Assembly (NCBI GenBank): GCA_963778655.1
Contig: CAVZVA010000011.1
Location: forward strand, 256,001-320,000
Direction: 5' to 3'
From: an uncultured delta proteobacterium
GTDB lineage: Bacteria; Myxococcota_A; Polyangia; Polyangiales; JAFGIB01
Length of the DNA stretch: 64,000 bases
This document shows positions 18,776 through 29,060 of this stretch, piece by piece. Position 1 is the first letter of the stretch. Each line of letters opens with the position of its first letter. Made by a program: the position numbers and the translations under genes. The notes under the pieces are model-generated. The model did not search any database and was not told where the DNA came from. It worked only from the letters and a program-made list of their open reading frames with translations.

Positions 18776-19969
18776 TCACCGCGCGACCACTACCGCCGAG
18801 ACGTTGCCGTAGAAGCCGACCGAGAGCACCAGCACGTGCTGCAGGCGTGCGGGCGGCGCGCCGCGCACCAGCGGGCCGACCGGCGCGCCGTCGAACCAGC
18901 CGAGCGCGCATGCGACGCCCAGCGCCCCGCTCGCGCCGAAGGTCTCGCCGTATAACGCCTTGGGCGCCGCGACCGCGACCTCGCGCCCGAGCGCCCGCTC
19001 GATCGCCTCGAGCTCCGCGCGATCGAACGCCGCCATCCCGCCCAGCGATGCGCACACCGCGTCGACGGCGTCGGGCGCGATCGCCGCGTCCCGTAGCGCC
19101 ATCGCGATCGTGCGCTCGACCGCGCGCGCCGACGCGTGCACGATGGTAGCCTCCGATTCCGGCGGCTCGAAGGCGTTGCCGTAGCCGATCACGCGCCCAT
19201 AGAGCCTGGCTCCGCGCCGTGTCGCATCCTGCTCGCGCTCCAGGATCAGGTACGCGGCGCCCTCCCCCAGGCGCATGCCCTGGCTCTCCGGGAAGCCGGG
19301 AAGGTAACGCCGCTCGCCCTCGGCCAGGGTCTCGAGCTTGCGAAACGCGAGGTAGAGCGGCTCGCTGAGCACCTCGCCGCCGCCGACCAGAAAGGCGTCG
19401 GCGCGGCCGTTGCGCAGGTGGGTCTCGCTGGTCAACACCGCGTCCAGCGCGCCGCAGTTTCCGTCGACCACGGTCACGTTGGGCGCGCGCAGATCCTCCC
19501 AGATGCTGACGTAGCCGGCCGCAGAGTTGATCACGGTGTTGGGAAAACGGCTGGGATTGACGAAGCGCGGGTCTTGCAGCTCCGCGACCTGCACCAGCTC
19601 GTTGATCGAATCGAGTGAGCCGTAGGCGGTGGCCGAGCATAGCCCGACCCGTTCGGCCCCGTACACCGAGTGCGCGCCGTCGCGCTTGAGGCCCGCGTCT
19701 TCCAGCGCCTGCTTGGCGGCTACCAGCAGAAACAGCGTGAGCCGGTCGTGGTTGCGCAGGCCCTTGCTGCCGAGAAACGGCGTCGGGTCGAAGCCCCACA
19801 CCTCGGCCGCGAGCGGCGCCGGGATCTTCTCGGCGGAGAGCACTCTGCAGTCGCTGCGAAAGGCTGCACCGCCCAGCACCGCCGGCTCGGAGAGCCCGTG
19901 GCGAAACGCCGCAAAGCCAGTGCCGATCGGGCTGACCAGGCCAACCCCGGTGATGGCGAGCGGCCTCAC
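18776..19969 (-). CDS. Non-catalytic ketosynthase-like protein (chain-length-factor-like)
   Basis: Thiolase fold (AITGVGLVSPIG, LGEGAAYLILE). Cys/His/His positions read DGNCGALDA, VCASLGG and PKALYGET. GTGA coupling to the KS. Confidence 0.85.
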   Translation of the reverse strand: MRPLAITGVGLVSPIGTGFAAFRHGLSEPAVLGGAAFRSDCRVLSAEKIPAPLAAEVWGFDPTPFLGSKGLRNHDRLTLFLLVAAKQALEDAGLKRDGAHSVYGAERVGLCSATAYGSLDSINELVQVAELQDPRFVNPSRFPNTVINSAAGYVSIWEDLRAPNVTVVDGNCGALDAVLTSETHLRNGRADAFLVGGGEVLSEPLYLAFRKLETLAEGERRYLPGFPESQGMRLGEGAAYLILEREQDATRRGARLYGRVIGYGNAFEPPESEATIVHASARAVERTIAMALRDAAIAPDAVDAVCASLGGMAAFDRAELEAIERALGREVAVAAPKALYGETFGASGALGVACALGWFDGAPVGPLVRGAPPARLQHVLVLSVGFYGNVSAVVVAR

Positions 19970-21207
19970 TGGGGCAGCGCAGGCTGCGGCTCGGGCAGCA
20001 CGTCCGGGCGAGCAAAGGTCACGACCGCGTCGTAGCCGCCGAAGGCGAGCGAGTTGTTGAGCACCACGTCCGCCTTGCCGCTGGCGGCGCGGTTGGCGAC
20101 CAGGTTGACGGCACACTCGGGGTCCGGCGTCTCATAGCTCATGGTAGGCGGATAGACCCCGGTCTGCACCGTCATCACGCAGGCCACCGCCTCGAGCGCG
20201 CTGGCCGCGCCCATGCAGTGGCCGATCATGCTCTTGAGGCTGCTGACCGGGATCGAGCGCTCGCCGAACACCTCGCGCACCACGTGCGACTCGATCTTGT
20301 CGTTGGCCTGGGTGCCGGTGCCGTGCGCGTTGATAAAGTCCACCGCGTCCGGCGTGATCCCGCTGCGCGCGATCGCATCGCGCATCGCCCTCAGGCTGCC
20401 CGCGCCTTCGGGGTGCGGGCGCGTGATGTGGTGCGCGTCGCAGGCCAGGCCGCAGCCGCCGACCTCGGCCAGCGCGGTGGCGCCGCGCCGCAACGCGTGC
20501 GCTTCGGACTCGAGCACCAGGATGGCCGAGCCCTCGCCGATGATGATGCCGCGGCGGTTCTTGTCGAAGGGCTGGCAGCGCTCGGGCGCCACCGCGCCCA
20601 GGCGCACGAAGCCGGCGAACTGGTGCTTCTGCAGCAGCTCGCTGCCGCCGGTGATGACCACGTCGGCGCGTCCCTCGCGGATCAGATCCGCCGCGTAGGC
20701 GATGGCGTAGTTGCCGGCGGCGCAGGCCGCGGGCAGCGCCTGCACCATGCCGCGCGCGCCGAACGCACGCGCCAGGTGGATCGGCAGCAGGCTGGTGCCG
20801 TAGAGCGGCATCTTGGCCACGTTGAGCGCGTCGGCGCCCTTGCGGATCCAGGTGTCCTCGAGATGACCGATCACGTCGGCCTCGCCCATCGTCGTTCCGA
20901 TGATGACCGAGGTGCGCTCGCCGGCCAGGTGCTCGGGCGCGAGCCGCGCGTCCTCCACGGCCATGCGCGCGCCCGCCAGCGCGAACGCCGAGCAACGCCC
21001 GGTGCGCCGCGCCTCGGCGCTGGTCAGGAAGTCGCGCGGGCGGAAGCTCTTCACCTCGCCCGCGATCGAGCGATCGAGCCCGTAGGTGTCGAAGCTGTCG
21101 ACCGACGAAAAGCCGGTGCGGCCGGCCACGATGCCGTCCCAAAACGCCTGGCGCCCAAGCCCCAACGAGCTCACCACGCCCATTCCGGTCACGAGCACAC
21201 GACCCAT
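19966..21207 (-). CDS. Beta-ketoacyl-ACP synthase (FabF/KS-alpha-like)
   Basis: Intact triad: AACAAG, NAHGTGT, KSMIGHCMG; NSLAFGG. Confidence 0.93.
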   Translation of the reverse strand: MGRVLVTGMGVVSSLGLGRQAFWDGIVAGRTGFSSVDSFDTYGLDRSIAGEVKSFRPRDFLTSAEARRTGRCSAFALAGARMAVEDARLAPEHLAGERTSVIIGTTMGEADVIGHLEDTWIRKGADALNVAKMPLYGTSLLPIHLARAFGARGMVQALPAACAAGNYAIAYAADLIREGRADVVITGGSELLQKHQFAGFVRLGAVAPERCQPFDKNRRGIIIGEGSAILVLESEAHALRRGATALAEVGGCGLACDAHHITRPHPEGAGSLRAMRDAIARSGITPDAVDFINAHGTGTQANDKIESHVVREVFGERSIPVSSLKSMIGHCMGAASALEAVACVMTVQTGVYPPTMSYETPDPECAVNLVANRAASGKADVVLNNSLAFGGYDAVVTFARPDVLPEPQPALPQ

Positions 21208-21308
21208 ACTTGCGCGCAACCTATACCGGACCCCCCAGGGGTCCGCAACCTTTCGCAGCGCCGTTCCATTGGCCGATTGGCCTAATTTTGCCGAGGTTTT
21301 CGCGCGGC

Positions 21309-21338
21309 TTGACAGCTTTGCCCGGCGGCTTCTACATA
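21309..21338 (+). promoter_or_regulatory. Putative sigma70-type promoter of FAAL-ACP
   Basis: Perfect TTGACA, 18 nt spacer, then TACATA, 10 nt before ATG 21348. Confidence 0.45.
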
Positions 21339-21347
21339 CCCCGCGCC

Positions 21348-23032
21348 ATGACGCGGCCCAAGCCGAGCACGCTGATCGATGCGCTCGCCTCGCTGCCGGC
21401 AAGCGTCGAGCGCGGCTTTCGCTTCCGCGGGCTTGACGCAACCGATCGCTTCTTTCAGTGGCGCGAGGTCGAGCGCGAGGCGCGCCGGCGAGGCGCGCTG
21501 CTGCTCGATTCAGGACTGGCGAAAGGCGATCGGCTGGCGCTGGTGATTGCGGAGCCGCATGAGTTCGTGCTGACCTTCTTGGGCGCGGTGGTCGCCGGCA
21601 TCGTGCCGGTGCCGATGTATCCGCGCGCCAGCTTCAAAGCCAAGAACGCCTACGTCGACACGGTCAGCCACATCGTGCAGGCGGCCGGCGCGCGCGTGCT
21701 GGCGACGCTCGAAGGCACCCGGGACGTGGCCGAGGAGGTGCTCGGGCGTGGCACCGGCCTCGAGAAAATTATCATGGCGGAAGAATTTTCCGCGCCGATC
21801 GCAGCCCCCCGCGCGATCCGTCCTGGCCCCGCATCGCTCCCGCCGACCTGTGCTTTCTGCAGTTCACCTCCGGCAGCACCTCGCTGCCCAAGGGCGTGAT
21901 GGTCACCCACGGCAACCTGATCGCGAACGCCGATGCGTTCCTCGGGCCGTGCGGGATCGACCGCCGCGAGCAGGACATCGCGATCACCTGGCTGCCGCTG
22001 TTCCACGACATGGGCCTGATCGGCTTCGTGCTCGGCACGATCGTGCACGACATCCCGACCGTGCTGCTGCCGACCGAGGCCTTCGCGCGCAGGCCAACGA
22101 TGTGGATGCAGGCGATGCACGAGTACGGCGGCACGATCACCTTCGCGCCCAACTTCGCCTACTCGCTCGCGGTCAAGCGCTCGCGCGACAAGGATCTCGA
22201 AGGCCTCGACCTGTCGCGGATCCGCATCGCGGGCTGCGGCGCCGAGCCGATCAACGCGCAGGTCATGCGCTCGTTCGCGGACCGCTTCGCGCCCGTCGGC
22301 TTCGATCCGCGCGCGCTGCTGCCCTGCTACGGCATGGCCGAAGCCACGCTCGCGATCAGCTTCTACCGCCATGACGCCGAGATGAAGGTGGATCGGGTCA
22401 GCGCCGAAGCGATGAAGCGAGGCCAGGCCACCCCCGCGCGGCCGGACGAAGACAGCCTGGAGCTGGTGTCGTGCGGGCCGGCCTTCCCCGGCCATGCGAT
22501 CGAAATCGTCGACGAGAGCGGCCGCCGTTTACCCGAGCGCGGCGTCGGCGAGATCATAACCCGCGGTCCCAGCGTGACCGCAGGTTACTACGGCAACCCG
22601 AGCCTCACCGCGGAGTGCTACCGCGATGGCTGGCTGCACACCGGCGACCTCGGCTATCTGGCCGGAGGCGAGGTCTACGTGTGCGGCCGGATCAAGGACC
22701 TGATCATCATCCGCGGCGCGAACTTCTATCCCCAGGACATCGAGTGGGCGGTCGCGGAGGTGCCGGGCGTGCGCCGCGACAACGTGGTCGCGTTCAGCGT
22801 GATGAAGAACGGCGAGGAGACGCTGGTGGTCTCGGCCGAAGGCAACGGCAGCGACGCGCCCGAGCTGCGCAAAGCGATTGCGGTCAAGGTGGCACAGACC
22901 GCCGGCCTGACCGTGGGCCACGTCGTGATCGTGCGCGTCGGCAGCCTGCCCAAGACCTCGAGCGGCAAGGTGCAGCGCCGCAGAACCAAGCAGCTGTTCG
23001 AGCAGGGGCTGCTAGACGAGCACCCAACCTGA
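21348..23032 (+). CDS. Fatty acyl-AMP ligase (FAAL), split by a 1-nt frameshift near 21805-21810
   Basis: The N-terminal ORF joins ...DLCFLQFTSGSTSLPKGVMVTH, WLPLFHDMGLIG, CYGMAEATL, TGDLG, GRIKDLII, PKTSSGK if one C is added to the C6 run. Confidence 0.88.
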
Positions 23033-23049
23033 GCGAAGCGGGAGCGAGC

Positions 23050-23332
23050 ATGTCCAACCAGGAGCTGAAGCAAAAGCTGCGGGCGATCGTCGCGGAGGTG
23101 GCCGAGCTCGACGACGTGCCGGATGCGACGCCGTTCAAGGACCTCGGCATCGACTCGATGATGGCGATCGAGATCATCGCGGACGTAGAGCGCACCTACA
23201 AGATCAGAGATCCCAGAGTCGGAGCTCGAGCAGATCACCGACCTCGAGTCGGTGGTCGCAGTGGTCGAATCCAAGCTCGCGGGCGGCAGCTACAATCAGA
23301 GCTCGCGATTCGGGATCGAATCACAACGCTGA
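23050..23332 (+). CDS. Acyl carrier protein, with a 1-nt frameshift near 23206
   Basis: DLGIDSMM phosphopantetheine site. Removing one base after TYKI restores IPESELEQITDLESVVAVVESKL, a typical ACP end. Confidence 0.88.
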
Positions 23333-23333
23333 T

Positions 23334-24296
23334 CTAGCTCGATGCCGCTTCCAGCACGCGGAGGCCGGCGGCTTGCAGCATGTCGAGGTCGGCGTCGCGC
23401 TCGGGGTTTTCGGTGGTGAGCAGCTTCTCGCCGAAGAAGATCGAGTTTGCGCCCGCCATGAAGCACAGCAGCTGCGCCTCCTTGCTCAGCTTGTGGCGGC
23501 CGGCGGAGAGCCGCACGCGCGCGTGCGGCACCAGGATGCGCGCGGTCGCGCACATCCGCACCAGCTCGAACGCATCCACCTCGGGCCTGTCCTGCAGCGG
23601 CGTGCCGGCGACCGCAGAGAGCGCGTTGATCGGAACGCTCTCGGGCTGGGGGTCGAGGTTTGCCAGCGTCTGCAGCAGGCGGCAGCGGTCGTCGATCGAC
23701 TCTCCCATGCCGACGATGCCGCCGCAGCAGAGCTGGATGCCGGCCCGCGCCACGTGCTCGATCGTGCGCAAGCGCTCGTCGTAGTCGCGGGTGGAGATGA
23801 TCGAGCCGTAGAACTCGCGCGAGGTGTCGAGGTTGTGGTTGTAGGCGGTAAGGCCGGCCTCGGCCAGCCGCCGCGCCTGCTCGACGTCCAGCATGCCGAT
23901 CGTCACGCACGCCTCGAGCCCGAGCGCACGCACACCGCGCACCATCGCGAGCACCCGCTCGAACTGCTCGCCCTGCCGCGCGTCGCGCCAGGCCGCGCCC
24001 ATGCAGAAGCGGCTCGCGCCGCCGGCCTTGGCGCGGGCCGCGCTCGCCAGCACCTGCGCGACCGGCAGCAGGGCCTCGGGCTTGACGCCGGTCTTGTAGT
24101 GCGCGCTCTGCGGGCAGTACGCGCAATCCTCCGGGCAACCGCCGGTCTTGATCGAAAGCAGCGTGCAGAGCTGGACCGCGTCCGGCTGGTGGTGCTGGCG
24201 ATGGGCCTGCTGCGCTCGGTGCAATAGCTCGGTCAGCGGCAGGTCGTGGATCGCGCGCACCTCGAGCAGCGTCCAGCTATGTCGCGTATCGCTCAT
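23334..24296 (-). CDS. bioB: Biotin synthase
   Basis: [57 protein letters not shown]. Confidence 0.97.
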   Translation of the reverse strand: MSDTRHSWTLLEVRAIHDLPLTELLHRAQQAHRQHHQPDAVQLCTLLSIKTGGCPEDCAYCPQSAHYKTGVKPEALLPVAQVLASAARAKAGGASRFCMGAAWRDARQGEQFERVLAMVRGVRALGLEACVTIGMLDVEQARRLAEAGLTAYNHNLDTSREFYGSIISTRDYDERLRTIEHVARAGIQLCCGGIVGMGESIDDRCRLLQTLANLDPQPESVPINALSAVAGTPLQDRPEVDAFELVRMCATARILVPHARVRLSAGRHKLSKEAQLLCFMAGANSIFFGEKLLTTENPERDADLDMLQAAGLRVLEAASS

Positions 24297-24434
24297 GTCC
24301 GGCTCCGCGTCCGGCTCCGCGTCCGGGCTCGGCCGACCGCAGGATTCAGAGGCGCTAGGCTGTAGCGGGTTGCAGTCCGTTTCGCAAGCAGCGCGGCCTT
24401 GACGGCAGACCCTCGGCGGTCGAATCTGCTGAGA

Positions 24435-25520
24435 ATGAGCGATGTCGTCTCCGAGGCAGCCCCGGCCGCGGGCTCCCCGGATCCCCGCGCCGACCCCGAC
24501 CTGGCGGCGGCCTTCAGTATGCACGTGAGCAGCAGCCCGCCGCTCGCGTGGCTGGCCGCGTGCGCTGCGCTCGCCGCGATGGGCATCAACCAGCTGGTCC
24601 TGCCCGGCCTGGCGGAGACTGCGCGTCACGCGCTGCTGCACAACCTCGAGCGCTGGGGCGCGTTCTGCACCAACTTGAGCGCGATCTCGGGGCTGATCGC
24701 GCTCGGCTTCGGGCTGCTGGCTTTCATCCGTTACAGCACGATGGTCGAGCTGAGGCAGCGTCTGCTGCTCGGCGCCTTCGCCGGCATCTTCCTGCCCAGC
24801 ATCGCGGTCGCTGCGCTGTTCGAGCGCCAGCGCACCACCGCACAGGTCGTGGTGTTCGCGATCGGTGCCGCGCAGGTGCTGGGCGCGATCGTGAGCACCA
24901 GCGCTGCGCGCGCTGCCCCTTCGCGTTTCGCGCGCGCGGTCGCGTGGTGCGCGGCCGCGATGGCCATCTTCACGTTGCTCGCGCAGGTCGGCCAGGTGAT
25001 GTCGGAGCTTCACCTCTCGGTCGTGCTGGCGCGCGCGCAGCAGATCATGCAGAGCGCCGGCGAGGCTTGCTACCTGCTGCTCTTGTGCAGCATCGCTCCG
25101 CTGCTGCTGCCCTCGCGGGCCGGCACCCGTTCGCGGCTGGCGAGGTTGGCGGGCTTCTTCGTGTTGCCGATCGCGCTGGGCGCGCTCTACATGGCGGAGG
25201 CGGCGCTGGAAAACGACTACGCGCTGCTGCTCTATCACGCGCAGCGCGTCACGCTGTTCATCGACAGCTGGCCGCAGATCTACGCCGTGCCCATCGGCCT
25301 CGCCCTCTCGGGCAGCCTGGCCGCGGTGCTGGCCAAGGACCCCGTGCGCAGGCAAGCCGCCGCAGGCGTGCTGCTGCTGCTCAGCTCGGGCTACGCGCCT
25401 CACGCGCCGGGTCGCCTGCTAACCTGCACGCTGTCGATGGTCTTGATCGCGCGCGCGCTGATCGCGCCCGGCCAGCCGCCCGCGCCCAGGCCAGCGGAGA
25501 CGAAGGCCGCGCCGGGATAG
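24435..25520 (+). CDS. Hypothetical multi-pass membrane protein
   Basis: About 10 hydrophobic segments; host-like codon usage. Confidence 0.75.
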   Translation: MSDVVSEAAPAAGSPDPRADPDLAAAFSMHVSSSPPLAWLAACAALAAMGINQLVLPGLAETARHALLHNLERWGAFCTNLSAISGLIALGFGLLAFIRYSTMVELRQRLLLGAFAGIFLPSIAVAALFERQRTTAQVVVFAIGAAQVLGAIVSTSAARAAPSRFARAVAWCAAAMAIFTLLAQVGQVMSELHLSVVLARAQQIMQSAGEACYLLLLCSIAPLLLPSRAGTRSRLARLAGFFVLPIALGALYMAEAALENDYALLLYHAQRVTLFIDSWPQIYAVPIGLALSGSLAAVLAKDPVRRQAAAGVLLLLSSGYAPHAPGRLLTCTLSMVLIARALIAPGQPPAPRPAETKAAPG

Positions 25521-25572
25521 CGGGCGTCTCCGCGCCGGGCCGAGCGGACACGAAGCGCCATCAACGGTCGCG

Positions 25573-26778
25573 TCAGCCCAAGCTTGCGATCGCGGTGCTG
25601 ATGCGCTCGACGGCTTGGTCGAGCTGGGGCTGGGCGGTGGTGAAGGAGAGGCGTACGTAGCCCGGCGCGTGGAACGCGCTGCCCGGCACCACGGCCACGC
25701 GCGCGCGCTCGAGCAGCCAGCGCGCCAGCTCCACGTCGTCGCGCAGCCCAGCGCGGGCGAGCAGGCCGTCGACGCCGGCCAGCAGGTAGAACGCACCGTC
25801 GGGCTTGCGCACGCGCAGCCCGGGCAGCGCGCTCAGCGTCGCGTGCAGGCGCTCGCGGCGGCGAGCGAGCTCGGTGCGCATCTGCAGCAGCTCGCCCTCG
25901 TCGCCCTCGAGCGCGGCCTGGGCCGCGAGCTGGCACAGCGCCGCGACACTGGTGGTGGCCTGGCTCTGCACGGCCTCGCAGGCGCGTGCCAGCCGCGTCG
26001 GACCGAGCATCCAGCCGACGCGGTAGCCGGTCATCGCGTAGCGCTTGCTCACACCGTCGACGACGACGATGCGCTCGCGCAGGTCGGGCGCCAGCTCCAA
26101 GAGCGAGACGGAACGCGCGCCGTCGTAGCGCAGCTCGGCGTAGATCTCGTCGACGATCACCAGTGCCGTGCCACCGCTGCGCCGCAACACCTCGGCCAGC
26201 GCCCGCAGGGCGTCGGCGTCATAGGCGGCGCCGCTCGGGTTGTTGGGCGTGCACAGCAAGAGCGCCTTGGTGCGCGGGCCGAGCGCGGCGGCGAGCGCCT
26301 CGGGACGGATCCGGAAGCCGTCGGCTTCCGCCCCGGACAGCAGCACCGGGGTCGCGCCGCACAGTCGTACTTGCTCCGCGTAGCTGCCCCAGGCGGGCAC
26401 CGGGATCACGACCTCGTCGCCGTGGTCGAACAACGCCTGCGCCAGGTTGAACAGCGTGTGCTTGGCGCCGGCGCTGACCACCACCTGCTCAGGCTCGTGG
26501 CGCACCCCGCGCCGGCGCTGCGAGTCGGCGCAGATCGCCGCGCGCAGCGGGCGCAGCCCCGCCACCTCGGTGTAGCGGCTGCCACTGCCGTCGGCGAGCG
26601 CGCGCTCGACGGCAGCCCGCACGCGCGGCGGCGGCTGGAAATCGGGCTCCCCGACCGCGAGCGAGATCACGTCCGCGCCCAGCGCGCGCAACTCCGCCAC
26701 GCGGCGAAAGATCGCGGCCGTGGCCGACTCGGCCATGCGCTCCATGCGCGCCGCCAGCGCGGGCGCCGGCCCCCTCAT
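25573..26778 (-). CDS. Aspartate aminotransferase family (class I PLP)
   Basis: GEPDF, GAKHTL, PNNPSG, DEIY, SKRYAMTGYRVG, PDGAFY. Confidence 0.92.
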   Translation of the reverse strand: MRGPAPALAARMERMAESATAAIFRRVAELRALGADVISLAVGEPDFQPPPRVRAAVERALADGSGSRYTEVAGLRPLRAAICADSQRRRGVRHEPEQVVVSAGAKHTLFNLAQALFDHGDEVVIPVPAWGSYAEQVRLCGATPVLLSGAEADGFRIRPEALAAALGPRTKALLLCTPNNPSGAAYDADALRALAEVLRRSGGTALVIVDEIYAELRYDGARSVSLLELAPDLRERIVVVDGVSKRYAMTGYRVGWMLGPTRLARACEAVQSQATTSVAALCQLAAQAALEGDEGELLQMRTELARRRERLHATLSALPGLRVRKPDGAFYLLAGVDGLLARAGLRDDVELARWLLERARVAVVPGSAFHAPGYVRLSFTTAQPQLDQAVERISTAIASLG

Positions 26779-28184
26779 ATCGTGATCGTCTTCCAGGTCC
26801 CGCCCCTGAACTTCAGCGACATGATGATGGTCAGGCACAGCACGTAGAGCGCGGCCGAAGACCACACGCCGAGCAGGCCGAATCCGAGCACCACGCCCAT
26901 CACGTACGCGGTGGGCAGCAGCACGCCGAAGTGCAGGCTGAGCTCCACGATCATCACAAAGCGCGTGTTGCCGGCGCCGAACAGCGCCTGGGTCAGGATC
27001 ATGCCGGCCGCGATCAGCGGTCCGCACGCGCCCATCAGGCGCATCGAGGAGCGGCCCGCGTCGATCACCAGCGTCGAGTGGTTGAAGAAGCCGATGCACT
27101 TGCCTGGAAAGGCCATCTCGAGCAAGCCCACCAGCCCGAACATGATGCAGCCGAGCTTGACGCTGCTCCAGGCGAAACGCTCGGCCGCGGCCGGGTTGCG
27201 CGCCCCCAGGTTGCGCGAGACCAGGGTGGCGGTGGCGACGCCGAAGGCCATGCACGAGAAGAAGGTCAGGCTCAGCATGTTGATGATGATGGTGGTGGCC
27301 GCACCGTAAATCGACTCGGCCGGTCCGCCGCTCGCGCTCGGCCGGTCGAACAGGCTGACGATGCGGATGAACAGGATGAAGCCGGTCATCACCACTGTGG
27401 TCGCGACGCCCGAGGGCACCGAGAGCCGGGCCAGCTGCCACATCGCCACTGGGGTGATCACGCGGCGGCGGTACACCCGGTAGCGGGCGCGCTCGCGGGA
27501 GCGCCGCGACCAGGCGATCATCACCAGCATGCCGACCCACGAGGAAGCGGCCGCCGCGATGCCCGCCCCCTCCACGCCCATGCGCGGGGCGCCCAGGTGA
27601 CCGAACATCAGGCACCAGCACAGCCCCACGTTGAAGACGTTCATGATCACGGCGGCCACGAAATGGACATACGTGCGGCCGGTGCCATCGAAGAACGCCT
27701 TGTAGGCTGCGGTTGTCACCATCGACACCAGACCCAGGAACCGCCACTGGCTGTAGACCGTGCCCAGACGGACGTAGGCCGGATCGTCGGAAGCCAGCGA
27801 AAACACGAAGGGCGCCAGGAACCAACAGAGCCCGGTGGCGAGCGCGCTGCTGAGCACGGCGAGGACCAGCGCATTGGCCAGGACCAGACCCGATGCTTGG
27901 GGGTCGCCGCGTCCCTCCCGCCGGGCGACCATGGCCTGGGTTCCGACCGAGATTGCGGACAGGAATCCGCCCACGGCCCAGAGCAGGGCCAGGGAAAAGG
28001 ACAACATGGCCTGGCCGTCGCTGCGCTCGGGCTCCTTCAGCAGCCCGATGAAGTACGTGTCGACGAGGTTGACCCCGGTCTGGGTCAGCAGGGCCAGCTG
28101 TGCGGGTACCGCCAGGTAGAGGATCCGCTTGACGTCGGCCGGGTCGAGGAAGGCGACCGGCCGGACGGATACAGCTGAATTCAT
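26775..28184 (-). CDS. MATE family efflux transporter
   Basis: NLVDTYFIG, FFDGTGRT, FGHLGAPRMGVEGAGIA, ALFGAGNT; about 12 TM segments. Confidence 0.92.
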   Translation of the reverse strand: MNSAVSVRPVAFLDPADVKRILYLAVPAQLALLTQTGVNLVDTYFIGLLKEPERSDGQAMLSFSLALLWAVGGFLSAISVGTQAMVARREGRGDPQASGLVLANALVLAVLSSALATGLCWFLAPFVFSLASDDPAYVRLGTVYSQWRFLGLVSMVTTAAYKAFFDGTGRTYVHFVAAVIMNVFNVGLCWCLMFGHLGAPRMGVEGAGIAAAASSWVGMLVMIAWSRRSRERARYRVYRRRVITPVAMWQLARLSVPSGVATTVVMTGFILFIRIVSLFDRPSASGGPAESIYGAATTIIINMLSLTFFSCMAFGVATATLVSRNLGARNPAAAERFAWSSVKLGCIMFGLVGLLEMAFPGKCIGFFNHSTLVIDAGRSSMRLMGACGPLIAAGMILTQALFGAGNTRFVMIVELSLHFGVLLPTAYVMGVVLGFGLLGVWSSAALYVLCLTIIMSLKFRGGTWKTITI

Positions 28185-28217
28185 GATGCGGGCGCACTCT
28201 ACGAGCGGTCCTCTGCG

Positions 28218-28246
28218 TTGACAAGGCGCGCCTTGTGGACTAGCAA
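28218..28246 (+). promoter_or_regulatory. Putative sigma70-type promoter of the Pal-like gene
   Basis: TTGACA-17 nt-TAGCAA; AGGAG RBS before ATG 28295. Confidence 0.45.
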
Positions 28247-28294
28247 CGCCCGCAGCGGCCGGCGCGCGGCGTGCACAGAACTTAGGAGACCGAC

Positions 28295-28960
28295 ATGGAT
28301 TTTCCTCGCGGCAGTGCAATTCGCCTGGGGCTTGGAAGCCTCGGAGTCGCAGCAGTGCTCTTGGGGCTGGGGTGCGGACCGAAGTACCCGAAATGTGACG
28401 TCGACACCGACTGCCACCAGGGCGAGTTCTGTGTCAACGGGATGTGCCAGCAGTGCCGATCCGACAAGGACTGTCCGGCCGGCCAGAGCTGCGCGTCGGG
28501 CGCGTGCCAAGCCATTCCGGGCTACTGCAACTCCTCGAGCGACTGCGGCCCGGGACAGGAATGCCAGAACAACCAGTGTGTGGCGCAGGCGCAGAGCGTG
28601 GCGGCACCGGCGGCCCCCGAGCCGGTCGCCAACACCGGCTGCACGCTCGACTCGGTCTACTTCGACTTCGACTCCAGCACGCTCGACGCCGCTTCGCGCG
28701 ACAAGCTGAGCCAGGCCGCGGCCTGCATCAAGCAGCACGGCGCCAAGGCAGTCCACCTCACCGGGCTCACCGATCCGCGCGGCACCGAGGAGTACAACCT
28801 GGCGCTGGGCGATCGGCGCGCGCAGTCGGCCAAGAAGTACCTGCAGTCGCTCGGGGTGCAGTCCAAGCTGTCGTCGTCGTCCATGGGCGAGGAGCTCGCG
28901 ACCGGCACCGACGAGGCCACCTGGGCCAGGGATCGCCGGGTCGACATGCAAGAGAAGTGA
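28295..28960 (+). CDS. OmpA/Pal-family lipoprotein with three Cys-rich repeats
   Basis: Lipobox LGC; VYFDFDS, GLTDPRGTEEYNLALGDRRA, DRRV. Confidence 0.9.
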   Translation: MDFPRGSAIRLGLGSLGVAAVLLGLGCGPKYPKCDVDTDCHQGEFCVNGMCQQCRSDKDCPAGQSCASGACQAIPGYCNSSSDCGPGQECQNNQCVAQAQSVAAPAAPEPVANTGCTLDSVYFDFDSSTLDAASRDKLSQAAACIKQHGAKAVHLTGLTDPRGTEEYNLALGDRRAQSAKKYLQSLGVQSKLSSSSMGEELATGTDEATWARDRRVDMQEK

Positions 28961-28976
28961 TGCGGGGCTGCGACCA

Positions 28977-29005
28977 CCGGGAGGGTCGCGCGGCCCTCCC
29001 GCCCG
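28977..29005 (-). repeat. Multi-hairpin repeat family 2, copy 3 (terminal hairpin)
   Basis: Reverse complement matches 18742-18770 at 26/29 nt (counted by eye). Confidence 0.7.
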
Positions 29006-29060
29006 CCTGGCGTTGCCCGGGGGGGCGCGAAACCTGGACAGGCCGCGATCCCAGGGTTAT

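Noticed and set aside
21348..24296. FAAL-ACP-KS as a novel pimelate supply for adjacent bioB
   Set aside because: bioB is convergent, no bioF/A/D is nearby, and adjacency is the only evidence.
24297..24330. Tandem gtccggctccgc repeat upstream of bioB
   Set aside because: Only about 2.5 units of a GC-rich 12-mer; no supportable function.
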